From: Yuukianura sp. NJ FZ-2021
Lineage: Eukaryota
Reading direction: 5' to 3'
DNA: 64,000 bases
Assembly (NCBI GenBank): GCA_046563655.1
Contig: CM102283.1
Span: 5,518,001 to 5,582,000, forward strand
Below, piece after piece: positions 26,370 to 38,017 of the stretch (its first letter is position 1; each line of letters opens with the position of its first letter). The notes under the pieces were generated by a model that ran no database searches, was not told where the DNA came from, and saw only the letters and a list, made by a program, of their open reading frames with translations. Position numbers and translations under genes: made by a program.

Positions 26370-29300
26370 GTTATGAAAAAGAAAACAAACAACAAATTCT
26401 TTAAAAAGTTCTTTTCAGTTTAATTTATGTGTGTTTAATTATTCATCAATTCTGAAATTTGGGGTATCTTATTGGGAACTGTAAATAAATCGCTAGCCTT
26501 CTGGAAAATGATTGAGTCCAGATGCCGCGAATGTTTTCTGGGAACAAATTCAGTTTAAAAAGAAACTTCTTTTAAAAAAAAAGTGAGGGTGGGGAGTATA
26601 TTTGGACTTTATGAATGTATGTAGTATTTAGTACTTAGTATTTTGTTTGAAAATGATCTTGTTTGGTGGGGGCGGGGGAGTGAGTAGTGGTTCTGGAGTG
26701 ACCAGAAGATCAATTACATGCAGTATGTATAGGAAGATTGGGTTACGTAACATGAGAATACATAGGCTCGGCGGTCGTTGAAATCAAAGAAGTGAAAGAA
26801 AAAAGTGGTGTGCACACACGAGAGCTCCATTTTTCACACCACTGTTAACACGAACACTTTTTTCTGCAGAATTGCAAAAAGTGAAAGAATGTCGCTGTCA
26901 TCATTCAACTTTTTTTTCCTGTTCATTCAACTTGTGTGCAAAATGAGGAGCCAGTTGGATTTGAAGATAAAAAAAAGTAGTTGGGCAAACAGCTCAATTT
27001 GTTTTATGAGAAAACATGTCCATTTAAAGTGACTGTTGTCAATTTGTAGACCACAACTCAGAAGACAACTCCCACCAAATTGTTTTTACTTGTTTCACCT
27101 TTTTCAAAAAAGAACAATCTGCACGACGAAGCCAATTAAATCTGTCCTCAAGCCAAAAACCAGATTTTGGCACAACAAACTTCTGCAGTCAATTCTGCGA
27201 AGTGATTTTGCAATGCATGTCGAATTTCACAATGCAAGGAATTCATAATCAAAACTTTATAAAAGAAGAAACTTTAAAATGACAAAAAGAACTTTGAAAA
27301 CGAGAACCCAAATTGAAAACCGTCCATGAGAGTTAAAAATCAAAATTGGAAACCAAAATTAAAAACAAAAATTGGAAATTAATATTAAAGTTGAAGTTGA
27401 AAAAGTTCAAATGCATGAAAAAAATTTGAAATTGTTATATCACAGTTATGGAAAATGCTGCAGTTTCCAGTTCATCTTTGTTTGGATGAGAATTTGCAGA
27501 AGACAGTTACAAAATTCGAAAAAAAAAATGTAAATCTTTTGTTAGCGTAGAAACTTAATTATGAAAACGAAAAAGTTGAACTAGCTGAAAATCATGCAAA
27601 GAAAATGAAGCCGAAAAAAAATCGAGGTGGGAGGAAGTTACAAAACAAAATTTGTCAAAAAAAGTGGATAAAAAACAAAAGTCAAAATCTAAAAAAAAAT
27701 GAATGTTTCAAAATAAAAAAAAAAGTTGTGATGCTAGGAATCGTTGGAATTGCAGTGCGGGGGAAGAAAAGTTGCAGAAAACTAAAAATTGAAAACTCCA
27801 GCAATGATAATAATTGGAAACCGAAAAAAAAAACATTCGTAGGTTGAAAAACTTTTTTAAAAAAGAAGAAGAATGAAGCGATGAGTTGTTGAATTTATGC
27901 TGGAGTCTGGAGACGAAGAATTTTTTGAAAACGACCCCCTTCTGATTTGGAATGGACCTAGTGAAATCAAAGGTCAATTGACATGAAAAGGGAAACGTCC
28001 ATGGGGGGAGGACACGGTGCAGTCTACAACTTCTGTACCTGACACATTTCATTTCTCCTAATTTATCTCTTGTCTAAAATTTTAAAAAACTATTTTTTTT
28101 AAAAAAGAAGTTACAGTAAGACTCCAATAAATCCCAGAAGAAGCTCCTTTTTCGTTTTTCTGGTTGGTTTCCTTAATTTGTGGGGGTGATTGTTCATAAA
28201 CGGTGGCAGCATGACGTCCTTTTTTTCAAAACTACATTCCATGAGATGGAAAAATTCAAAGTCTCAGGTCACCCCAACCAGCACATCCAGCATAATCCCC
28301 ACACTTCACACCCAGAACGAAAAAGTCAGCAGGAGATAACATGCACAAGTCCATTGTCACCTCATCATGCGCAGTATGAATGGCAGTTGCCAACGGCACT
28401 ACCGCGTCTGCGCAAAACTCGTTTCTTGCAGAATTACATGAGTAACAAGTACTAAAGTAGGAATTTATGAGTCGTATGTCCCGAGTCAAAATAATTGACA
28501 AAGTTACCTTTGTTAAAGTTGGACAGGTTTTGGCAAAGGAGTGAAATAAATTGAAATTTTTTAATGGGTTTAGTACTAGTACAAAATGAGTAACTACTCA
28601 AAGTCTGAGCAAGATTTAGGGAGGAAAATTCAAAAAAAGGAGAGGATTATTACGGCTACTGACTTTTGACTTTTGTGGGCGCACCTTCTTCTGTTTTTTG
28701 AAACTGGATTTTTGGTGGGATGATTGACGGAGGCAGAGGGGGTACTTGGAAGGGACTCTTTCTGTCTCTTGTGAAGATCCTTGTAAGTTTTGAGGTAAGA
28801 ATGTGAGCAATCCTAATTAGAGAGCTAAGGTAGCCAAGAAGGAAGAAAAGTGATCTGTTGGGATGGTGAGGGTTTTTGGTGATTTGTGTAACGAGAGAGA
28901 GTCTCCTCGAGGCACACACCCTCAGGAACGACTAGCGTCCAGAGGTCAAGTCTCGGAATTCACCTGGATCCTTAATTTCTTGCTGTTTGGGAGAGGAGAG
29001 GTCGTGACCCCTTGGTTCTTTTCCCATGGTTCCCAGACATTCCAGAGGGAGTGAGGGGTGGGGGGAGGTCCAGTACACACGAGTCTCCCTTAGAATGCTC
29101 CAGTGTGGGGTTTGGTGATGACAAGTGGAACACAATGGGCATAGTGCACTTGGTACAATGGGAAGACTTGAAGGGAGCGGGGCCCTTTAGAGTGGTTGTG
29201 CCGCCTCGACATTCCTTATACAGAGAGACTCCTTTTTCCCACGCACAACAGCTCCAGAGGAATTATACACACACGCCTTTTTAAGTGGGTGGATCCCAAA

Positions 29301-29681
29301 GAGCAGGCAAAGGAGATCTCATGCAGTTTTTGAACAAACCGCGTACTTTATTTTCATTATGAAAACAAAACCGCAAAACGCCCATCTTCAAGTCCATTTA
29401 ACTCTGTCATAAACTTTCTTCGGTTTCAGCACGTCCCTTCCCTGCATTCTAAAACTTAAACGAACCCAAGAACCCTGAGAGCACGGAAATTTTGAGAAAA
29501 GTTTGAATGTACAAAATCGTCAAAAAAAAAACAACTTAGAATTGACATGCGTGTAAATATTTTGCGGAGATGGCGTACCGACAATATGAGTTGGCGTGAT
29601 TTGCTTTACTTTTATGCTACGATTTAAAAAAAAAACCAAAATTATTCGAAAAACAAACTCTTTGAGGGAAAATCAAAACTT

Positions 29682-29764
29682 GAGGAAATCTAAGGTTTTC
29701 TTTAGAGGAAGTGAGAGAAAGTGACTTTCCCTCACTTTTTCTAAAGAAAACCTTAGATTTCCTC
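29682..29764. repeat. 83-bp quasi-palindrome (40-bp arms, 3 mismatches)
   Basis: GAGGAAATCTAAGGTTTTCTTTAGAGGAAGTGAGAGAAAG-TGA-CTTTCCCTCACTTTTTCTAAAGAAAACCTTAGATTTCCTC. Confidence 0.9.
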
Positions 29765-30120
29765 CACTTATTGTTAAACCCTGGGCTCACAGACGGTTTT
29801 CGGATGTGTTGACCGCGGCTTTTGCGTGTGCGTGGCTAAGATGAGAGCTCTCATAAGGATCAGTTGGTCGTGTGTTGTAGTTGTATTGTTGTTTTGTGTG
29901 GGTGATGATTGTGGGGATGCTGGGGAAGATGAAATCCTGACTTGAGAGAGTGTCCCTTTTGACCTTTCCTTTTTAATGCATTGTCTCCTGGGCAGGTGAT
30001 GAGAAGAAACAGGGGAATTCAGAATGCCAGAGGATAAGGCATCAGGGGGCCATTCCTTCTTCTGTCATCTCATCATGTCACTCCCTCCAAATAATCCAAG
30101 TCCACCTAAACATCTCACAC

Positions 30121-30446
30121 TGGGTCAAAAAAGTCAAGGTACATTACCAAAAAAATACTGTGGAGTGGGTCAAAAAAGTCCAAAGTTAGAAAAACTCTGT
30201 GGTAAAAAAACCCAAACTACAAAAACCCGCCAAAAAAGTCAAAGTACAAAACAAATCAGTTCGAAGCGGGTCAAAAAAGTCAAAAGTACAAAAACGCTCG
30301 GTTGGGTTTTTAAAGTTTTCGAACCAAAATTTCTCAAAATTAGTCACCGTGCCACTGGAGCGGGTCAAAAAAAAGTCAGAGTACAAAAGTGGGTCAAAAA
30401 AGTCAAAAGTACGAAACAAATCAGTTCGAAGTGGGTTAAAAACGGT
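30121..30446. repeat. Irregular array of ~6-7 GGGTCAAAAAAGTCAAAAGTAC-type units
   Basis: Units near 30121, 30166, 30228, 30268, 30361 and 30390; two are followed by AAACAAATCAGTTCGAAG. Confidence 0.8.
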
Positions 30447-33400
30447 TAAAAACGACTTTAAGTAAAAGTACATAAAAGTTGGAAGTAAAAGTCCAAAAAA
30501 GTGGTGCGTCTTGGCGTCGTTAATTGAGGCTGTGACATTTAATTTGTACGTTGGTTGTGTTTTGGGTTGAGTGGGTTCTTGTCACCTAACCTTAACACTG
30601 GAACTTACCCTAGTGAGCTGGATGCTGAAGGTGTGTCTGTTGGATGTTGAGGTGTTGGGACCACTTAAGCTTGTGTGAGGTCCAAGTGGACCCATAAACC
30701 CCGCTTCCCCCTTCTTCTGCAGCCTCTTAAGCTGCGTGTGTCGTCGTGTGTCCACCTTATCTTCCATCGCAAGAACATCTTCTGCGTGGCGTGTGGCACA
30801 GAGCCAGTGTCAACCTAAAACCATTATTACACACAGGAATTCAACTGCAACAATTTATACTACCAAACACAACAAACAACTCCATTTCAAACACATTTCC
30901 AAATAAAAACGTTATTCTCTTTTTTAACTACGGTCGTTTCAGTAGCCTCCTCCATAAATTGTTTTTGTTTTTACGAAGCAAGGAAATTCATAAATTTTAA
31001 GTTTTTCGAAAAACGAGACAGGAAAGGTAAAGAGAAGAAGATATGTTTTTTTTTCTTTAAAAAAACAACTTGGAAGATTTTTGACCCGATTTAAAAAAAA
31101 TGTAGTCCGAGCAGTTGCTCTGAATTTGTTTGTTACTTGGGTAGAGTAGAAATAAATTCTGAACAAAAAAATTTTAATTCACGTACCTCCTGTTTCATTT
31201 ACATGACTAATTTCGAAAAAAAAAAAACTTCTAAAATTCAAAATCAAAATGTAAGTTTAAAAAAAATCAAAATCTTTGGAAAGACAGTTAGACCGAGGAG
31301 CCTGTCTTTTTTTTTGCTGGTCAGGCCAAAAATGAAATTCTGAAGACAATGAAGATTTTTGTTTTTATTTTCTTTCGTTTTGCTTACTAATTTCAAAAAA
31401 AGAGATTCTGCTAAAATTCTACTGTATTTTAATACGAATACGAAATAATAAATACATAATAATAATACAGTATACTAAATACATTGTTGAGTTTCTAGAA
31501 ACCACTCAGTAATTTTGAGAAAAAAGAAATTCAACTGAGGAGTTTGTACTATCAGTTAGGAGGTTTAACAGTAGTTCGGTATTGCTTGGGCTGAAGGAAA
31601 ATTCTGGAGAAATCGAAAATCTGTGTCAACCATATTTTCAAAATTGTCTCTGCTCAAAGTCTAGCCTATTTTTTTTTAAATCAAAATTTTAAAATGTAAA
31701 ACAATCAAAAAGCAGATGAATAAATTTAAAAAAGTGAACAAGATTAAGTGTAGTGACGCATGAGGGATGATGGTGAGAAGACAAAAGGAGAATTGACGTT
31801 TGTGAGGATTGGAAATCCGACGTTAGAAGATGACACTAAAGTGATGTGAAGTTTTGAACGGTTCGTCCCCCTGGGGGATAAGCCCTTATACAACTGACTC
31901 CCACTCTCAAGGGCCTCAGTGGGCCCTTAACTTTTTAAAGTCACTTGTCAATTTGTGGTTCACGTGGCGTGTTAATTCCTTTTAATTCAGGTGACCAAAT
32001 ATGAAGTTCTGTTCGGATTTTTACTGAGGATGTCACTGGGGTTGCATAGAAGAATGCATCTCTAATCATTCCGATTTCACTCGGTTCTCTGGGCTGCCAC
32101 ACACGGCGGGAGATTAAAATCCCGCAGACACCTCCTCACTCGTCCATTCCGAACAATAAAGTCCGATGACAACAACATTCCCCAACAGACTCAGTGTCGA
32201 CGCGTGCGGCCTCAGCCGAGCACCAGAGATGGACACAGAATGCAGAGATGGGCATCGAATGGACTTTAGATGGGCAGGGACTTTGGCTTGGGAATGTTCC
32301 TGGAGATAGGATCAAAGGCACAGTTGCCGCTCCACTCAAGATTCAAAGTGACACGGAGATGAGTTTGGCGCATTTACAATCTCCAACTATCTTTAGTAGC
32401 ACCGTCATAACCTAATTAACATAACAAACCCAACGGAACAATTACCAGGCCTCAGTCATGTCATCCAGTGGGTGGAGATGGTCACGGGAACGATCCTCAC
32501 TTTCGGTTTTTTTCTTTTTTGGATTCGACACTTTATGGTTTCTTACTTTACGAATCTTTTGTTCCTTTGGAATTCCTCGGATCATCCTGACACTTTGTAC
32601 AAATTCGATTCAATTGTTGAGCTCAATTGAACAAACTGTTCTGGAATTCACCTGTTGCCTACACCACTTCATCTGTTCCGTACTCGCAGGGGGCTTTATA
32701 TCCTCAGGTTCAAAGTTCATCTTACAAACAACTTCCAAAATTCAAAAATTCAGATTCCTCAAAATTCCAGTTTCATTTTAACATTTTCATCCAATCCTTC
32801 CGAAAATTCCAGTTTTTAATTTTCTACTCCATTTCAAGAAGGAAATTACAGCAACTTATTTTCAAAATTGTTGTGTGTTTTCAGAACTAATTTTTGTTGT
32901 TTGGAGTTTCGAAGCTCGTGAAAGTTTAACTTCTGAAATTCAATTTGAATTTCAAAATTTTGAATTTGCTTTTTGGAAGTTGAGATGGTAAGACTTCTCT
33001 GAAGTTCAAAACACAAAAGAGAAAGTTTTTGGTTTTGGCCAAACGTTAAATGTGTTTTGGTGGTAATTGAACAGCTCAATTTAGCAATCACCTCGGAGCG
33101 TTTCTGTTCCTTTGTAAAAGGCAATTCCGAAGGAGCAATTCTGAGATGTTAGCCTAATTTCACACTGTAATTGATGCTAAGGGTACCCAGTGCCCTTATA
33201 TGTAAGGTACTGAAAATGATCCTCTGAAGATGAAACTGAAGTGCAACGTGGGAAATTACAGAGGCAGTTAATAGTTCTGAGCTTACTTTATTACGTACAT
33301 TTCAGATGCATTCGTAGTTCAAAGATTAGTTTTCTAATGCTGCTTTCACACCTCGAATCACCTTAATCTCTACATGAAATTGAAGAAACACAAATTTAGT

Positions 33401-34643
33401 AAGATCAGAAAAGCAATAATTTTGAAGATGTGAGCAAAAATTTAACATGAATTTTGCATTACATTTTTAACAGATTGTTGACTTTCTCTGAAGTATCAAG
33501 CACTTGAATTAAGATTTTGAGTTTTTTTTGTTCAAATTAACTAACTTTTTTTTTCATGTTCCTTTTTCGTTTCTTTTTATTTGAAATCCTTTCAATATAT
33601 TTTTTTGAATCATCCATATGAACAAAGTACCATAATTTTTTCTCGGCTTCTGAAATCATGGTGCGATGGAGCAAGTAAAAGGGACGCGCCCACTGTAATT
33701 GTTTTTGATGGTTTTGCTGCCTCATCCTCCGCATCCTTCCGTCACTGTTTTCCCCCCACAATTACACAATTCTTTGAGCAAACTTCCACTTTCCGCCTCT
33801 GTCACTTCGTGCTGAATTGGGTACAGACACAGATTACTTGGGACAGATCACACAGGAAAAGATCTCTGTTGATCTGGGGATTTAATTAAAAGCAAACACA
33901 AGATCATAAAAGTTAATTGCAACGGACAGCATTTTCAAATGCCCCACCTTTGACCTTTCCCCTGCCTTCTCTTTTGAAACTTCCCGATGGAATCTTTAGA
34001 ACTTACACAGTATAGGCGAAATTCGGACAAGATTTCTCTTTGAATTACGAGACGACACGATGGATGGACAGAGCTATGAAACAGACGGAGTCAGTTTTAC
34101 TTCAAATTTGAATTTTGGATCCCAAAAAAATTTGGAATTTGAAAGAGTCAAATTTCAAGCAGATCCCCACCCATAAGGAAAATTTTTGACGTGGAAATTG
34201 ATGCCAAAAGTTGTCCAAGTGCCAATCATCGTCTCTTTTTTGTTATGTGCAATTTGAGAATTTTCGTACGCCTTCTGAAAGTCTTGCTGACATCAGCCAA
34301 TGCCTACTCGTCAAAAATTGAATAATTTTTCCAAATCCTGCAATTTGAGTCTGTAAAATGTTTGTTGCCAAAGAAGGCGTGGTTGGATTTTGTGAATCGT
34401 AAAACGAGTTTTATTTATTATTTTATTTATTTATTTATTATTGCACTCAAATAAATTCCGTTTTATTTCAAAAGACGCTCTTTATAAATGCTCTATGTAG
34501 TACGGTTATTTGCTACTTTTTACATGGTTATAATTCTGGTGCGGTAAGAATGAGGAAGCAGAGGGACCCTGTGTGCAGTTAGGAAAAAGCGGCAAAAGTT
34601 GAGGAGATGCGACACTGCAAAAGTGTTGAAAGATGCGACATTT

Positions 34644-35196
34644 TTAGTAGAACTGCGTCGGTGATGATGAGGAAGATGAAGAAGATGAGGAGGAAGACGA
34701 TTCGGATGAAGTGCTCGGACTGTGTTGGGCTCTGGAAAATAAAGACATAAAAATTCAAAATTTTAATTTTGGATTGTTTTTCAACTGCCAACTTTCAAAT
34801 TTCCAATCATTTTGGAGTTTGAAGTTTATGGACCACGTTTTATGAGTTTGAGACTCAAAAAGGAAAAGGATGAGCAATTTGTGTCGTTTGAAATTTTTTT
34901 TTCCAAGTTTTTTTCGTTCCTTTTTTGGAAGTGATTTTGACCTGTTTCAAGTTTCAAGATTCAAAAAGTTCATCAATTACTCACCTATGGATGAGGAGTG
35001 AGTCCTTGGACTTGTAGCTCTTGTAACAGAGGTCACAGACGTGTGAATGATGTGACCTTTCATGGATCATGAGGTTGTAGCTTTTGTTGAAGATGCGGGA
35101 GCAGTAGCCACAGTAGTACTCGTATTTGATTGGATTTCGAATGTACCGAGTACTTGGCTTCCGTACAAACTCAACTTGTTTTAGTATAGTGTACAT
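34644..35196 (-). CDS. drm: Drumstick-like two-finger odd-skipped family microprotein, 99 aa (exons 35196-34985, 34731-34644)
   Basis: MYTILKQVEFVRKP...YEYYCGYCSRIFNKSYNLMIHERSH-HSHVCDLCYKSYKSKDSLLIHR|AQH, then poly-Ser. Short two-finger architecture and YNLMIHER are drm hallmarks. The phase-2 intron is at the same HR position as in the two paralogs. Confidence 0.8.
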
Positions 35197-37224
35197 TTTG
35201 TTTTGAATCTTTAGCAAAGTGTAAAGTTCACAAAAAGTCACACTTTCTTACACCCAATTAACTTTTTTTTGTGAGTTGCAAAATTGGAAAGTTTTAATTA
35301 CAAAATTAAACACACCCGCCGTCGCACAACCTGCAATTAGGCTCCCAATTTGCAAATTTTTGCAACTGCGTAGTCGTTTTTATGCCAAACCCTAATTTTG
35401 GTATGTCAGAGTCGTAAGTGGGTTGAAGATGAAGCGTCGATGGAACCTAAAACAATACTAATCCCAGCGGAGATCTCAAATAAAGGAAATTTCAGTTTGT
35501 GTGGCTTTTTGAGAGCGTCTTCAAGTACGGCACACCACGAAAAACGTTTCAACTCCCCTTGACTATTTGAAGTTACAGAAAAGAGGAGGGAAGATTCAAA
35601 AGTTAGTCGACGGAAGGCTGTGTCCTGTTTACATTAGGGGTGGAGCCTCAGCTAACAGCGGATGACGTCCCACTCTTATATGCCCTGAAGTGACCACACC
35701 CATCCGCTTTTGTTCTTTTGATTAAAATTAAAGTGTTACAAAAACAGAAATTAAAAAAGTTTCAAGTTGGTAAAGCTTTTTGGTAAAAACTATTTTCATG
35801 GAAAAGTAATTTTTACACAAGGTGAACAAATCTGTGCTGTCTGGGGAGGGTTGAAACTTTCAACTTGAAAGAAGATTTTGGAACGGAAATGTGATCATCT
35901 CACTTTCGGAAAGACAAACATCCCGTTTTGTACATTTTCAACACATTTCCCACTTCCTTTTGTTGACACGTTGATGTCAAAGTCAAAGTGGAATTTGAAG
36001 TTCTCGTGTCTCCCGCCTTTTTTGGTGACTTGTGATAAAAAACGATTCCGAAATTCAATTACTCCCGCCCAGATTAGATTTTTCGTCGTAGTGCCGTTAT
36101 CATTCTGCTCCATCACCCCCACCTTCTGCTGCTTTTAGACAGGGGAAAAGTCAATTTGGGGTTTTGTACCCCCGGGGGTTAGTTTTCCCCTTTGACCTTT
36201 GCTGTTTGAAGCGCACCATCTCATTTCCGTGTGTCTTGTTTCCTATTTGCATGATGGAGTTGTGTCTTTGATCATGCCAAAATAACAATCGACTCTTGTG
36301 CAAAAGCCCTTAAGCCAAAATCCATCCGTGTCAATTTGAAAAGCCTTTGAAAGTTTGGTTGAAGATTTACGATTATGGGAACAATTATTATCGATCAGGA
36401 GGAATCACTTTGATCGTCACGATCATAAGTTCTGGCGACCCAATGGGGTCAAACTCAACTTCATTTTATGCAAATTCAAAATTTTGATGGCAAGAGAAAG
36501 TTGTTCAAGATTCGACTTTTCTGAAATTACGTTGTTAGTAATTTGCTCTTGTTAATTGATGTTGATCGAAGATCTTTGGTACAGAACCAAACGTGAAGCT
36601 CCTTCAAATTTATATACGAAATTGTTTTTACAACGACAACAGTTGTAAAGAAATTTGCGCAACTTCTGAAAATCCCATTTTAAAGTTCCTGTTCATTCCA
36701 CTTGCAATTTGCAATTTAAAATGAAAAATTCCAATCATTTCGTGTTGTATGGTTCAAAAATTTGGCAAAAAAAAAATTACTTTCCCCAGTTCTTCTGCTG
36801 TTGTGTGTTACAGAATTGGGGAAAGCAGATTTGTATATCCGTAAAAAGCCATTATCTCCTTCAAAAATGCCTTGTAACTAACGAAATATCTTAAAAAAAA
36901 GAAGAATATCTCGATTTCAACAGGTTTCGGATATTTAGTCGAGTTTTTGATTTATCCAGGTATTTTTAGCGAAAGCAAATGCTTCACTATGGTCATTTCA
37001 TCTTCTTCATGTTTTTAGTTCACAGATTGTGAGTACATCACAATTTCACAATTTGTGAATGCTTCGATGAAGTGATCTTCGCGGTAAAGGCAACAGATGA
37101 AATGTGCCTGTGTCACCCTCTATGAAGCCAGAATCTTAACGCTTCAATACACTTTACACTGTAAACACCTACTCTACTGCTATAGTACCACCTTTGTTAT
37201 TAGATTGAAACCAACTTATTCATT

Positions 37225-37238
37225 TGACCTTTTGACCT
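37225..37238 (-). promoter_or_regulatory. Perfect nuclear-receptor DR2 (AGGTCA-aa-AGGTCA) ~0.8 kb upstream of the OATP ATG
   Basis: + strand TGACCTTTTGACCT. Function is not demonstrated. Confidence 0.4.
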
Positions 37239-38017
37239 TGTCGTCTGTTTCCTAATTCCCACTAATTTTTACTTGTTAACGATACAACAATACCAGGATA
37301 TTCCCAATTTCGTCTCTAAAGGGAATCGACGTAATACATGCTACATGCGTTTAATTTGTCAGAAATAAAAATCCCAGGTCTGCGTCTGACGCTTTCACTT
37401 TATAAAGATACTCCCTCGAAAGTCCAATGTTCTGGAAGTGGAGTAACGAAATTCATTTCAATCCATATCTAACAAATACATCTTGAATTCTTTGCATCGG
37501 GCTCTTATAAAGTGTTATATTAGAGCATAATAAGAATTCAGAGAAATTGAACACTTAAGAATGAATAGACTGCGTAAAGTGTCTCCCACTCTTTTTTGTG
37601 CCCATCTACTTCGTATTTATGAAAATATGAATAGGACATGACCACATGAGTCTCCTTAGTTCTCCTTGTGGCTTTTGGAACTGGTTGTTGTTGGTTCGAT
37701 TGATGGAGATGGAATTAATCGACTTGCACGATTCGCGAAATGAGGGTTGACGCTTGATCCAGCTAACGACGGACACCAACGACGACAACCAGGATTTTGT
37801 AGAGTCGACGCAGGAACAACATTTCCAGGAACCAACAGGTTGGTTGCTACATGCATTATAAGAAAATTGCAACTAGTGCTATAGGAAAACTAAGTTTTGA
37901 TTTGTCAATGATAGCCAAATCAACAAAACGTACAAGACTGGCGTTGCGAGATTCGTGGTGGACGTCGTTTAGTCCGTTTTCCATGTCGTGACAAAACTCG
38001 GAGATAACTGCAACAAG

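Noticed and set aside
30024-30473. Lys-rich ORFs of 88-141 aa
   Set aside because: They are translations of the A-rich repeat array, with no domain or splice support.
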